Source: an uncultured candidate division Zixibacteria bacterium
GTDB taxonomy: Bacteria > Zixibacteria > MSB-5A5 > UBA10806
Assembly: GCA_963817915.1 (NCBI GenBank)
Contig: CAWFQL010000012.1
Span: 544,001-608,000 of the forward strand
Direction of reading: 5' to 3'
Length of the DNA: 64,000 nt
Below are positions 36,543-47,471 of this stretch, one piece after another (positions within the stretch are counted from its first letter, which is position 1; every line of letters begins with the position of its first letter). A model generated the notes under the pieces. The model ran no database searches, was not told where the DNA came from, and saw only the letters and a list, made by a program, of their open reading frames with translations. The translations under genes were made by a program, and so were the position numbers.

Positions 36543-38765
36543 ATGGAACCGAAAGTAGATTTAAAATTAGCCAAAGAGCACGGACTCAGCGAAGAGGAAT
36601 ATAAGAAAATCCTCGCCATTCTCGGACGAACGCCGTCCTACACCGAGCTTGGAATATTCTCCGTCATGTGGTCGGAGCATTGCTCATATAAAAATTCCAT
36701 AGCTCAATTGAAAACATTGCCGCGCGAGGGCCCGGCGCTTCTGGCCAAAACCGGCGAGGAGAATGCCGGAGCTATCGATATCGGCGATGGGCTGGCGGTG
36801 GTATTCAAGATCGAATCGCATAATCACCCATCGGCGGTGGAGCCATATCAGGGAGCGGCCACCGGAGTCGGCGGTATTTTGCGCGATATATTCACGATGG
36901 GCGCCAGGCCGATTGCGGTTTTAAATTCGCTTCGTTTCGGATCGCTTGAGAATCCGCATGTGCGCTATCTATTCGATGGTGTCGTGCGCGGTGTCGGCGA
37001 TTACGGCAATTGCTTTGGCGTACCGGATGTCGGCGGCGAAATCTATTTCGAGGATGCCTACACCGGGAATCCGTTGGTCAACGCCATGGCGATCGGAATT
37101 GCCAAACATTCGGAATTGATTTCCGCGGTAAGCAAGGGCGAGGGGAATATCGTATTGGTGGTCGGCTCATCGACAGGCCGGGACGGTATTCACGGCGCCA
37201 CATTCGCATCGGAAGAGCTAACCGAGAAATCGCAGGCGCGAAGACCATCGGTGCAGATAGGCGATCCCTTCACGGAAAAATTACTGCTCGAAGCATCGCT
37301 GGAAATAATTCGTCAGAAGTTGATTGTCGGTATTCAGGATATGGGAGCGGCGGGGCTGACCTGCTCGTCATCGGAGATGTCCGCGAGGGGCAAATCGGGT
37401 ATGAAGATTTCAGTCGATGAAGTTCCTGTACGTGAAGAGATGATGACTCCCTACGAAATCATGCTTTCGGAATCGCAGGAGCGAATGCTGGTTATCTGCA
37501 CGCCCGAAAAATTAGATGAAGTCAAAGCGGTATTCAAAAAATGGGAGCTTCACGCCAAAGAGATCGGCCAGGTAATTTCGGGCGGGCAATTGGTCGTGAC
37601 ATCAGGCGGCACTGTTGTCGCGGATATTTCGGCGGAATCATTGGTGCTTGGCGGCGGCGCGCCTGTTTATGTGCGCGAGCAGAAACGGCCGGCATATTTG
37701 GATGATATCGAGAAATTTGATTTGGGCTCAATTGCAATTCCGCGCGATCTAAACAAGATTCTCGAGCAATTATTGGGGACTCCGAGTATAGCATCCAAAC
37801 GATGGGTATATGAGCAATACGATACATCGGTAAGGACTGCCACGGCTGTTGGGCCGGGATCATCGGCGGGAGTTATTAGAATTCGCAAAACCAAGAAAGC
37901 GTTGGCTATTTCGACAGATTGCAATGGCCGTTACTGCTACTTGAGCCCGAGAGAGGGGACGAAAATCGCGGTGGCGGAATCGGCGTTGAATGTGGCAGTA
38001 GCCGGAGGCAAACCGGCGGCGATAACCAACTGCCTGAATTTCGGCAATCCATACAATCCGGAAATATATTATCAGTTCGCGGAATGTATCGCCGGAATGG
38101 GCGAGGCATGTACCGTATTACAAACTCCGGTAACAGGCGGCAATGTCAGTTTCTATAATGAAGACCCAAAAAGAACTGTATATCCCACGCCTGTAATAGG
38201 GATGGTTGGAATTATCGATGATGTAAAAAATATCACGACCAATGATTTTAAGGCGACGGGGCACGACATTTATCTGATCGGCGAAAATAGAGATGAAATC
38301 GGCGGCTCGGAATATTTGAAGACTATTCATAATCTGATCAGCGGAAAAGTACCGGCACTCGATCTACGGGTTCATTCGAAAACTATCGAATTAATCTTAG
38401 AATTGATAAAGTCAGGGCTAGTGACTTCGGCGCAGGATTTATCCGATGGCGGCCTGGCAGTCGGTCTGGCGGAATGCTGTTTTAAGAATGGAATCGGGGC
38501 AGAGGTAAGATTGGAATTAAGCGCCCGCAATGACAGCCTGCTTTTCGGCGAGACACAATCACGAGTAATTTTTACGGCATTGCCCGATAATGATAAATCG
38601 ATTTTATCAATTGCCGAAAAATATAAAATCCCGGTGACCAAAATCGGCAAAACCGGCGGCGATAAATTGAAAATTAATGATATTATAGATAGACCTGTCA
38701 GCAAGCTTCGCAATATTTATGAAAATACTATTCCAAAATTGATGGAAACTGTCGCGACCGCTTAG
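36543..38765 (+). CDS. purL: Phosphoribosylformylglycinamidine synthase subunit PurL
   Basis: [48 protein letters not shown] motifs. Confidence 0.97.
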   Translation: MEPKVDLKLAKEHGLSEEEYKKILAILGRTPSYTELGIFSVMWSEHCSYKNSIAQLKTLPREGPALLAKTGEENAGAIDIGDGLAVVFKIESHNHPSAVEPYQGAATGVGGILRDIFTMGARPIAVLNSLRFGSLENPHVRYLFDGVVRGVGDYGNCFGVPDVGGEIYFEDAYTGNPLVNAMAIGIAKHSELISAVSKGEGNIVLVVGSSTGRDGIHGATFASEELTEKSQARRPSVQIGDPFTEKLLLEASLEIIRQKLIVGIQDMGAAGLTCSSSEMSARGKSGMKISVDEVPVREEMMTPYEIMLSESQERMLVICTPEKLDEVKAVFKKWELHAKEIGQVISGGQLVVTSGGTVVADISAESLVLGGGAPVYVREQKRPAYLDDIEKFDLGSIAIPRDLNKILEQLLGTPSIASKRWVYEQYDTSVRTATAVGPGSSAGVIRIRKTKKALAISTDCNGRYCYLSPREGTKIAVAESALNVAVAGGKPAAITNCLNFGNPYNPEIYYQFAECIAGMGEACTVLQTPVTGGNVSFYNEDPKRTVYPTPVIGMVGIIDDVKNITTNDFKATGHDIYLIGENRDEIGGSEYLKTIHNLISGKVPALDLRVHSKTIELILELIKSGLVTSAQDLSDGGLAVGLAECCFKNGIGAEVRLELSARNDSLLFGETQSRVIFTALPDNDKSILSIAEKYKIPVTKIGKTGGDKLKINDIIDRPVSKLRNIYENTIPKLMETVATA

Positions 38766-39322
38766 CGGGTCATTTCCAACGCTATCAATTGATTTCTATA
38801 ATTCTCTCTAACAGACTTTAAAAATTCTATAGCCAAATCCTGGCAATAATCCGGATACGACCAGGGGTTAGCGACAAATTCGCCCCTGATATAGCGCAAA
38901 GTTAGCTCGGCCCAGATATGATCGCGCAAATATATTCGATGCGAAAAATTCTTGGTTGAGGCTAAGACCAATTTGGATTCTTCTAAATAGCCGGGATCGA
39001 GATTAACTGTTCGTTTGCCGTCGTGTGAAAATTTGGTTTCGATCTCGATTGTCTCATTCTTGATATCTGCCAATGAATCGGGCATGACAAGTTTTTCGAA
39101 GGAGTAAAACTGCTTGGATAAATTGGATCCCATTTCGTCATTATAGTATTCGGTGAATGTAAATTTGAATTGCTGTGATTTATGATCGATCAATCCGAAT
39201 TTCGATACCAGAATTTTATCCACTGAATCCAGATCGACAGCGTTATCGAATAGCACGCCGCAGATCAATTTAACAGGTTTAACTTCAGGTTTTCCGGCGG
39301 ACATCGGCGCATGCCTTGACAC
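38762..39322 (-). CDS. DUF4416-family protein
   Basis: [29 protein letters not shown] and WSYPDY motifs. Confidence 0.8.
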   Translation of the reverse strand: MSRHAPMSAGKPEVKPVKLICGVLFDNAVDLDSVDKILVSKFGLIDHKSQQFKFTFTEYYNDEMGSNLSKQFYSFEKLVMPDSLADIKNETIEIETKFSHDGKRTVNLDPGYLEESKLVLASTKNFSHRIYLRDHIWAELTLRYIRGEFVANPWSYPDYCQDLAIEFLKSVRENYRNQLIALEMTR

Positions 39323-39959
39323 ACAACCCGCAAATCAGCAAGTTGTAATTTTTTTCGTGGGCGAACTGTTTTATCTGAGTGTAGCACTTATCGAAGTCGT
39401 AACCGTTCTCGGTGATAGCATCGGCAGGACAGGCCATCATGCAGGCCATGCAATCGTCGCAATCATTTTCGATTGGCGAATCAAGAGTCAACGGCATGTC
39501 GGTGAATAATGATGCAAGCCTTATCCCCGCGCCGAAATCGGGATGAATCAGCAGATTGTTTTTGCCCATAAAGCCGATTCCGGCTTCGACAGCGGCATGA
39601 CGGTGCGACAAGTGGGAATTCTGTTTTTTGAAATCGATTATGAACGACGCCGCGACAGGAATGACATCGTAGCCTTTGTGCTGAATCAAGCGCGCTATTT
39701 GATGGGTGATATCATCAAGAGCGGCGTTCACCTGGCGGTAATGGGTCTTATAAATCTGATTGGGGCGGTCGACCAAGGATTCCAAAACAGCCTTCTGCAA
39801 TCGAATCCCGATGCTGATCGTAAATGGCAATTTCTTCACGGAGTCATGCAATTCCGGATCGATATATTTGTAAAGCTTCGATGTCTCCGCTACGCCGAAC
39901 GCGTCGACGCCCTTTTCGATTGCGAATTGTCTCAGCAATTCATGGTTCTCGGTGATCAT
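39285..39959 (-). CDS. QueG-like 4Fe-4S dicluster protein
   Basis: SHRHAAVEAGIG..GKNNLL, CDDCMACMMACP and ICGLCVKAC motifs. Confidence 0.8.
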   Translation of the reverse strand: MITENHELLRQFAIEKGVDAFGVAETSKLYKYIDPELHDSVKKLPFTISIGIRLQKAVLESLVDRPNQIYKTHYRQVNAALDDITHQIARLIQHKGYDVIPVAASFIIDFKKQNSHLSHRHAAVEAGIGFMGKNNLLIHPDFGAGIRLASLFTDMPLTLDSPIENDCDDCMACMMACPADAITENGYDFDKCYTQIKQFAHEKNYNLLICGLCVKACADVRRKT

Positions 39960-40011
39960 ACTAAGGAATGGTAAAGATTTTAACGGCGAATGTCAAATTG
40001 CATCGGACTTT

Positions 40012-40140
40012 GGTAGGGTCGGGGTCCCTGACAATAGTGCGGGACTTAAGTCGTCAGGAAGGGATTCCTGACGACGCAAAGACGGATGCTACCCACGGAT
40101 TGCTTCGTCGTCCGGCAACTGCCGGACTCCTCGCAAAGAC
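40012..40140. repeat. Cluster of REP-like palindromes
   Basis: GTCGTCAGGAAGGGATTCCTGACGAC (family shared with about 35866, 36143 and 1263) and GATTGCTTCGTCGTCCGGCAACTGCCGGACTCCTCGCAAAGAC. Confidence 0.7.
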
Positions 40141-40275
40141 TATTAAGCAGGGTTTAGAGACAGGCTCAAAAATTTTGACGAAGCGGGTGTTTGCATTTGC
40201 GTATAATCCCGGTGAAATGTCATTGACTCTCTTAATTTCATAGAGTAATTTGATTTATCAGCAAATTATGGAGGA

Positions 40276-41935
40276 ATGGTGGATTTAAAAAATATAAAGG
40301 CGCCCCGCGGTAATAAGCTCACATGCAAGAGCTGGCAGCAAGAAGGGGCCTATAGAATGCTTCTCAATAATCTCGATGCCGAGGTGGCCGAGAAACCCGA
40401 AGAGCTTGTAGTCTATGGCGGAATCGGTAAGGCTGCCCGCAATAAGGAATGCCTGATGGCAATCCTGGATTCGCTCAGGAATTTAGAGAATGATGAAACG
40501 TTGCTGGTTCAATCGGGCAAGCCGGTCGGGATTTTCAGGACACACGAATATTCGCCGCGAGTACTGATCGCCAATTCCAATCTGGTGCCAAAATGGGCGA
40601 CCTGGGATGAGTTTAGAAGGCTTGATAAATTGGGACTGATCATGTACGGCCAAATGACGGCCGGATCGTGGATTTATATAGGCACTCAGGGGATATTGCA
40701 GGGGACTTATGAGACATTCATAGCCGCAGGTGAGCAGCATTTCGCTGGCGACTTATCAGGCAAATTTATCCTGACTGGCGGTATGGGCGGAATGGGTGGA
40801 GCTCAGCCATTGGCAGGGACAATGGCGGGCGCTGTGATTCTGATTGTCGAAGTGGATGAAAAACGGATAGATCGGCGTATCGCCAATGGCTATTGCGACA
40901 GGAAAGCTCAGGACGCTTGACGATGCCATGAAGCTGGTCAATGGGGCTGTCAAGGCCAAGGTGCCGCTCTCGGTCGGGCTGGTCGGGAACTGCGCGGATA
41001 TCCTGCCGGAGATGGTAAGACGGGGAATAGTACCTGATATGGTCACCGATCAGACATCGGCGCATGACGAACTCAATGGCTATATTCCGCATGGAGTCTC
41101 GTATGAAGAGGCTTTAGCGTTAAGAAAATCAAATCCCGATAAATATATGAAAATGGCCTTTGAATCGATGGCGATTCATACGCAGGCGATTCTCGATCTG
41201 CAGAAAAAAGGATCGATCTGTTTCGATTATGGCAACAATTTGCGTGGACAGGCCCAAAAAGCTGGAGTCAAGAACGCGTTCGACTATCCCGGATTCGTGC
41301 CAGCGTATGTCAGGCCGCTATTTTGCCAGGGCAAGGGGCCGTTCAGATGGGCCGCCTTATCCGGCGATCCGAAGGATATCGTAGTCACTGATCAGGCTGT
41401 GTTGAGGCTATTCCCGGATAATAAGCCGTTGGCGCGATGGATAAAAATGGCTGAAGAAAAGGTGCACTATCAAGGATTGCCCGCGAGGATTTGCTGGCTG
41501 GGATATGGCGAACGGGATAAGCTCGGCTTGGAATTCAATAGGCTTGTCAGAGATGGCAAAATCACCGCGCCGATCGTAATCGGCCGCGACCATCTCGACT
41601 GCGGCTCGGTGGCATCGCCTAACCGCGAGACCGAAAGCATGAAGGACGGCAGTGACGCTATCGCCGATTGGCCGTTGCTTAACGCCATGCTCAATACGGC
41701 ATCGGGTGCGTCTTGGGTATCGATTCATCATGGCGGCGGGGTCGGCATGGGGCTTTCGATCCATGCGGGACAGGTATTAGTTGCGGATGGGACTAAGGAG
41801 ATGGATAATCGAATCGAACGAGTTCTGACCAACGACCCTGGTATAGGCGTGGCGCGCCATGTCGACGCCGGATACGAAGAAGCTATCAATGTAGCCGATA
41901 AAAAGGGTATCAACATACCGATGAGGAAGAAGTAG
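40276..41935 (+). CDS. hutU: Urocanate hydratase (frameshift near 40907)
   Basis: [36 protein letters not shown] and HHGGGVG motifs across two frames. Confidence 0.95.
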
Positions 41936-41948
41936 GAATATAGATAAA

Positions 41949-43262
41949 ATGGCCGAAATAAAAAAGTCAGAGCATCTCATTGTAAATGGCGATTCTCGCG
42001 ATATGTCTCAAATTCCGGATGAGGCTGTCCAACTAGTTATTACATCACCTCCTTATTGGCAATTGAAAGATTATGGCCATAAAGATCAAATTGGCTTTGA
42101 CGATTCTTATGAGAATTATATTAATAACCTGAATCTTGTTTGGAATGAATGTTTTAGAGTTTTATCTCCAGGATGCCGGTTGTGCATCAACATAGGCGAC
42201 CAATTCGCCAGGTCTGTTTATTATGGCAGGTACAAGGTTATTCCCATAAGAACCGAAATAATCAGATTTTGCGAAACAATCGGTTTAGATTATATGGGAG
42301 CCATAATCTGGCAAAAAGTTACCACTACAAATACGTCCGGTGGCGCTTCCATAATGGGGTCATTTCCATATCCAAGAAATGGAATATTAAAATTAGATTA
42401 CGAATTCATCTTGATATTCAAGAAACTTGGTATTTCTCCAAAACCTTCGAGGGAACAAAAGGCAAAGTCAAAAATGACTATCGAAGAATGGAATCAGTAC
42501 TTTGCGGGCCATTGGTATTTTAATGGCGTAAGGCAGGAAAAGCATCTGGCTATGTTTCCAGAGGAACTCCCGAAAAGATTAATCAAAATGTTTAGTTTTA
42601 CCGACGATACTGTTCTCGATCCATTTTTGGGGAGCGGAACAACATCTCTTGCCGCAATGAATCTTCAAAGAAATTCTGTCGGCTATGAAATCAATGATGA
42701 CTTTTTGCCAATAATAAAATTAAAATTAGGGGTTAATGATCCCAAGCTTTTTGGAGAATCCTCCCAAATCAAATTCATTAGACAAGAATTGCCTAAATCA
42801 GGTTTTTCAGAAAAATTGAAGCAGTTGCCTTATCTATTCCAGGATAATGTCAAGATAGACAAAAAAATCGATCCAAGAAAACTCAAATTTGGATCCAAAA
42901 TTCAAAAGGATGATACTTCGCAGGATAAGTTCCACAGAGTCAGAAGTATTCTTGATGCAAATTTATTGGAATTGGATACCGGCGCGATAATAAAGTTGAT
43001 TGGCATCGAGCCATTAATATCCCGGCGGCTAAAGGCCATAGAATATTTAAAAAAGTTGGTAATTAATGAGCCGATCTATTTAAAATATGATGATGTTAAA
43101 TATAAAGATGATGAAAATTTACTAGCTTATGTTTATTTAAAAAACAAAACCTTCGTAAATGCCAAATTAATAAAAGCTGGGCTTGCAAACCCTGTAATCA
43201 ACTATGACTATAAATATAAAGATAGGTTTAAAACATATTGCGAAACAGCTCAAAAGGAATGA
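41949..43262 (+). CDS. Beta-class amino-methyltransferase (probably m4C) fused to a C-terminal SNase-like domain
   Basis: Motif IV TSPPY precedes motif I DPFLGSGTT; C-terminal IKLIGI...LLAYVYL...VNAKLIKAGLA resembles thermonuclease. Confidence 0.85.
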   Translation: MAEIKKSEHLIVNGDSRDMSQIPDEAVQLVITSPPYWQLKDYGHKDQIGFDDSYENYINNLNLVWNECFRVLSPGCRLCINIGDQFARSVYYGRYKVIPIRTEIIRFCETIGLDYMGAIIWQKVTTTNTSGGASIMGSFPYPRNGILKLDYEFILIFKKLGISPKPSREQKAKSKMTIEEWNQYFAGHWYFNGVRQEKHLAMFPEELPKRLIKMFSFTDDTVLDPFLGSGTTSLAAMNLQRNSVGYEINDDFLPIIKLKLGVNDPKLFGESSQIKFIRQELPKSGFSEKLKQLPYLFQDNVKIDKKIDPRKLKFGSKIQKDDTSQDKFHRVRSILDANLLELDTGAIIKLIGIEPLISRRLKAIEYLKKLVINEPIYLKYDDVKYKDDENLLAYVYLKNKTFVNAKLIKAGLANPVINYDYKYKDRFKTYCETAQKE

Positions 43263-43871
43263 ATGGATAAAATAAAAATAAAAAACAAGGAAATAGCTGA
43301 GCTTCTTGATATCGAGGTTCCATTATTTCCTAAATATGTAACTCAGATAATAAATCTCGCAAATCAAAACGCGCAGGGTACGCGACCTAAAATAGTTGGT
43401 CAAATGTCCGAATTAGTAACCGAATCAAAATCGCAGAACGTTCAAGAATGGGAAGAATGGTATGCTAAGAATTTTCCTGAATCAATAGATAATGCTACTG
43501 ATAAAATATGGAATATGATCCTGCAATTGAAAGATGCGATTGAAAAGATCGATGAAGAAATGGTAAGAAGTTGGGCAAAAGACCTTGTAATCGCTAAGAC
43601 CTTTATAGGAATGTGTTTTCAAAAGGCTGTCTTGATGAAAATTGCGGAATACAAAAATACAAGCTATCGATTTTCCTCAAAACAAGAGGAATCAAAAGGA
43701 ATTGACGGGTGGATAGGTGATATTCCCGTATCCATAAAAGCGGAAACCTATAAGACAAAAATGGGCATCTCCGAAATCATCAACTGTAAAATGATTTATT
43801 ATTCCAAGAAAAAAGATGGGATATTAGTTGAATTTGAGGATTTCGATGTAACCTCAAAGGAGAACAAGTAA
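43263..43871 (+). CDS. MjaI-family type II restriction endonuclease
   Basis: FPKYVTQIINLANQNAQGTRPKIVGQMSEL and EESKGIDG.IG..PVSIK motifs; abuts the methyltransferase. Confidence 0.8.
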   Translation: MDKIKIKNKEIAELLDIEVPLFPKYVTQIINLANQNAQGTRPKIVGQMSELVTESKSQNVQEWEEWYAKNFPESIDNATDKIWNMILQLKDAIEKIDEEMVRSWAKDLVIAKTFIGMCFQKAVLMKIAEYKNTSYRFSSKQEESKGIDGWIGDIPVSIKAETYKTKMGISEIINCKMIYYSKKKDGILVEFEDFDVTSKENK

Positions 43872-43873
43872 AT

Positions 43874-45142
43874 ATGCAATCCGTCAAAGCATCATTACTA
43901 ATAAAAAACGCGGCGCAATTAATCACATTGCATGATCAACAGAAGATCGGGCCTAAGACCGGCAAGGGGATGTCGGATTTGAATATTATAAAAGACGGGG
44001 CAGTCGCGGTTTTTGGATCAAGGATTGTCGCGGTCGGCGAAACCAGTAAAATCCTGAAGCAGATCAAATTGGAGAAAAAAGCTAAAATTGTCGACGCCGA
44101 AGGGAAAGTTGTCACGCCGGGCTTGATAGACCCTCATGCCCATCCAGTTTACGCCGGGACTCGTTCCGATGAATTCGAGATGCGGCTGGCCGGGAAATCA
44201 TATATGGATATCGCCAAGGCCGGGGGAGGGATTGCCTCCACGGTCAAAGCTGTTCGCAAAGCGTCGAAAAAGGAACTAAAAGATAACGGTAAAGTATTAT
44301 TAGAACGGATGCTGTCATCGGGTACAACCACAGTTGAGGCCAAATCGGGGTATGGTTTATCCACCAAGGATGAAATCAAGCAATTAACCGCCATCAAAGA
44401 ACTCAATGAAGAATTGGATATCGACCTTATTCCGACCTTTCTCGGCGCGCATGATATACCATCAGAATTCAAAAAAGACCCCGATCAATATGTGTCATTG
44501 GTATGCGGAGAGATGATACCGGAAGTGGCATCGAAGAATCTCGCTGTATTCTGCGACGTATTCTGCGAAAAAGGCATCTTTACTACGAGGCAAACTCGGA
44601 TAATCATGCAAACCGCGCAAGCGTTCGGACTGAAGATAAAGATTCATGCCGATGAACTCTCCAATACAGGAGGCGCGGAATTGGCGGCGGAGTTTGGGGC
44701 TATCACAGCGGATCATCTGGTTTTTGTGGGAGATGAAGGGATTCACCTGATGCACAAGGCGGGCGTGATCCCCGTGCTTTTGCCGGGGACGACATTTTTC
44801 TTGGGCCTGGAACGATTCGCGCCAGCGAGGAAGATGATCGACAAGGGCCTGCCGATAGCGTTGGCTACGGATTGCAATCCGGGCTCATCGATGATCGAAT
44901 CGATGCCGATTATCATGACTCTGGCCTGTCTATCATACAAAATAAGTCCGGCAGAATCATTGTGCGCGGCTACTCTGAACGCCGCATTCGCGATCGATAA
45001 GGGGAATGAATTGGGCTCGTTGGCGTTGGGTAAATACGCTGATATGGTAATCTGGGATACACCTGATTATCGCGATATTTCTTATCATTTCGGTACCAAT
45101 CTTGTAAAAGATGTAATCAAACGAGGGGAGAAGGTCCGTTGA
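43874..45142 (+). CDS. hutI: Imidazolonepropionase
   Basis: PGLIDPHAH, EAKSGYGL, LGAH, DVFCE, HADEL, ADHL and TDCNPG motifs. Confidence 0.95.
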   Translation: MQSVKASLLIKNAAQLITLHDQQKIGPKTGKGMSDLNIIKDGAVAVFGSRIVAVGETSKILKQIKLEKKAKIVDAEGKVVTPGLIDPHAHPVYAGTRSDEFEMRLAGKSYMDIAKAGGGIASTVKAVRKASKKELKDNGKVLLERMLSSGTTTVEAKSGYGLSTKDEIKQLTAIKELNEELDIDLIPTFLGAHDIPSEFKKDPDQYVSLVCGEMIPEVASKNLAVFCDVFCEKGIFTTRQTRIIMQTAQAFGLKIKIHADELSNTGGAELAAEFGAITADHLVFVGDEGIHLMHKAGVIPVLLPGTTFFLGLERFAPARKMIDKGLPIALATDCNPGSSMIESMPIIMTLACLSYKISPAESLCAATLNAAFAIDKGNELGSLALGKYADMVIWDTPDYRDISYHFGTNLVKDVIKRGEKVR

Positions 45143-45630
45143 GGATGGCCCTGTACGCGGCTTTGGTTGCCATGACATTAACCGGTATGTCATGTGGTGT
45201 ATATACGTTCTCGGCGTCTAATCTGGGCGATATCAAGACAATTGCGGTTCCAGTATTTGAGAACCAGACGACAGAAAGCGATCTTGGAAACGCTATGTCG
45301 GATCAACTCTCGAAGGCGTTCGTGGCTGACAACACGGTCAGGGTGGTTACCGCGCAAAAAGCTGATGGCATTTTGAGGGGGACTGTGGTATCTTATGTGC
45401 GTGAGGCTTATACTTATAGCCAGACAGAGGTAGTCAGTGAGTATATTTGCCGGTTGGGCGTGGATATTGAATTTCGGAATCGAAAGACGAACAAAATCAT
45501 CTGGGAAGAGAAAAATCTTTCTAACTGGGGCACATATAATTCCGCCACTGAAACTGAGAATGACGGGAAGCAAAAAGCTGTTGAAAAATTGGTCGCCGAT
45601 ATATTAAATAAGACAGTAAAAGGATGGTAA
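45139..45630 (+). CDS. LptE-like lipoprotein
   Basis: Lipobox-like GMSC-GVYTF, IKTIAVPVFENQT, ADGIL.G pattern. Confidence 0.75.
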   Translation: MRMALYAALVAMTLTGMSCGVYTFSASNLGDIKTIAVPVFENQTTESDLGNAMSDQLSKAFVADNTVRVVTAQKADGILRGTVVSYVREAYTYSQTEVVSEYICRLGVDIEFRNRKTNKIIWEEKNLSNWGTYNSATETENDGKQKAVEKLVADILNKTVKGW

Positions 45631-45642
45631 ACGGAGAATAAT

Positions 45643-46650
45643 ATGGGAATACGAAATTCCATGAAAATAATATTTTCAATACTGGCTATTACAGTGATAT
45701 TCGCAAATGTCTCGCAAGCAATTAATTCAAATGCGGGGACTGCCGCTTATCCATTCTTGAAAATAGGAACAGGAGCGAAATCCCAGGGCCTCGGCGGCGC
45801 GTTCGTAGGATTGGCTGATGACGAGACTGCCTTATATTATAATCCCGCGGGCATAACCGCCAAAGGGGTTTGGACTCAGGTCTTCGATGAAATATTAAAT
45901 AAACCGTTAAATGTAGCTCCCAAAAATCGCGTAGCGGCGTCCTATATTAATTATCTTTTGAATTTCCAATATGGATTTGTCGGATATATCCGCGATATTG
46001 ATGAAACGACTTCGGGCGGAGTCTCCGTGGTCTACCAAAATTATGGCACATTCAACAGGTTGGACAGTTCGGGTGTTCAGCTTGGCACATTTGGGGCATC
46101 GGATCTGGCATTCAATCTGACCTACAGCAAACGGATAAAACCCCGAATTTCTGTTGGAGCGACAGGAAAGATTATTTACGAAAATATAGACTCGTATTCA
46201 TCAAGCGGATTGGCGATTGATCTGGGGTTCATGTACCTTGTAAATGACGAGGGCACAACTCGATTCGGCCTAGCTCTAACAAATTTTGGGGCGCAATTGA
46301 AAGGGCTGACATCGACTCATAAAGATAATCTGCCGACCAAGTTTGCCGCAGGTTTATCATCCAGATTGAAGGGATTGCCGTTACTATTTTCAGGAGAAAT
46401 CGGGAAACCATTTGATAATGATTTTTATCTTGCCATCGGGGCTCAAGTAGTTTCCCTGGATCCATTTTTTCTCCGAGTAGGCTGGACCACTGCCGGCAAA
46501 GATTATAAGACCGGAGGCAAGCGAGACTATCTGGGCGGGTTTTCCGGCGGTTTCGGTTACGCATACAGAAATTATAAGGTCGATTACGCCTATTCCTCTT
46601 ACGGCGATTTAGGTTCAGTCCATAGAATCTCATTCGCGGCCGGATTTTAA
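45643..46650 (+). CDS. PorV/PorQ-family outer-membrane protein
   Basis: AYPFLKIGTGAKSQGLGGAF...YYNPAG, DYAY..YGDLG..H.IS and terminal F. Confidence 0.85.
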   Translation: MGIRNSMKIIFSILAITVIFANVSQAINSNAGTAAYPFLKIGTGAKSQGLGGAFVGLADDETALYYNPAGITAKGVWTQVFDEILNKPLNVAPKNRVAASYINYLLNFQYGFVGYIRDIDETTSGGVSVVYQNYGTFNRLDSSGVQLGTFGASDLAFNLTYSKRIKPRISVGATGKIIYENIDSYSSSGLAIDLGFMYLVNDEGTTRFGLALTNFGAQLKGLTSTHKDNLPTKFAAGLSSRLKGLPLLFSGEIGKPFDNDFYLAIGAQVVSLDPFFLRVGWTTAGKDYKTGGKRDYLGGFSGGFGYAYRNYKVDYAYSSYGDLGSVHRISFAAGF

Positions 46651-46653
46651 TCG

Positions 46654-47415
46654 ATGACGGCTACACGTCGAATTAGCGCGAAAAAATATATTTATACATT
46701 TGTGCTGCCGGTTTTACTGGGCGTGGTATTTTTGTCTAATCCGCTATTCGGTCAAGTTGATAGCAGCCGATTGACATTTACGTTGATGACCGGAGATATA
46801 TTGCTGCAAAAGCCCAACTCCGATGGCTGGATAAAAGCCGGTCCCGATAGTTCATTTGGAGTTGGTGACAATATCAGGACGAAAAAAGAATCCAATGCCG
46901 AAATTCACCTTGGAGATACACAGTACCTGAGAATTGCCCCGATGACGATAATCTCAGTCGATAGTGTCCTATATAAAGATCGTGTGCCAGTCTCATTTAG
47001 AGTTATAATCAATTCAGGTGATGTCTGGGGAGATTTGAAGAAGAAGGGGAATTCAACTCGATTAGATATTCAATCCGGCCCGATAAATACCAATATTGAA
47101 AATGGAATTTTTCGGATCAGTGTCGGCGCCGACGGAACGACAGAGCTAAAAATATATGAGGGAACTGCGTCGATCGAGCATTCGGCCGACTCGGCTTCAG
47201 CGGATACATTAACTAAGCCTAAAGCTCTTGAGCATTCAAAACCGGATTCGGCAGTAGCAGAGAATATCACTGCTTGGAAGGCATCTCTTGGCCCAATGGA
47301 AAAGTTGATTGTCACTGCCAAGGGCAAGATCGTTTATACTGGCAAATTCAGCCCTGACGATATCGATGAAAAAAGCGAATGGGTTGATTGGAATAAAAAG
47401 CGGGATTTACATTAG
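46654..47415 (+). CDS. FecR-domain protein
   Basis: GDNIRT...AEI and F.I.V..DG.TEL.IYEG FecR-like patterns; N-terminal TM/signal. Confidence 0.65.
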   Translation: MTATRRISAKKYIYTFVLPVLLGVVFLSNPLFGQVDSSRLTFTLMTGDILLQKPNSDGWIKAGPDSSFGVGDNIRTKKESNAEIHLGDTQYLRIAPMTIISVDSVLYKDRVPVSFRVIINSGDVWGDLKKKGNSTRLDIQSGPINTNIENGIFRISVGADGTTELKIYEGTASIEHSADSASADTLTKPKALEHSKPDSAVAENITAWKASLGPMEKLIVTAKGKIVYTGKFSPDDIDEKSEWVDWNKKRDLH

Positions 47416-47471
47416 TCCGAGATTTTAAACAGAAAAGCTACCGCCTATAGACCGATTTTTTACAATTGACG

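Noticed and set aside
35623..36604. Short ORFs across the tandem repeat region
   Set aside because: They derive from GC-rich repeats, with no recognisable product.
41949..43871. Apparent scarcity of CTAG as proof of R-M specificity
   Set aside because: CTAG looks rare by eye but was not counted, and CTAG avoidance is widespread in prokaryotes regardless of R-M content.
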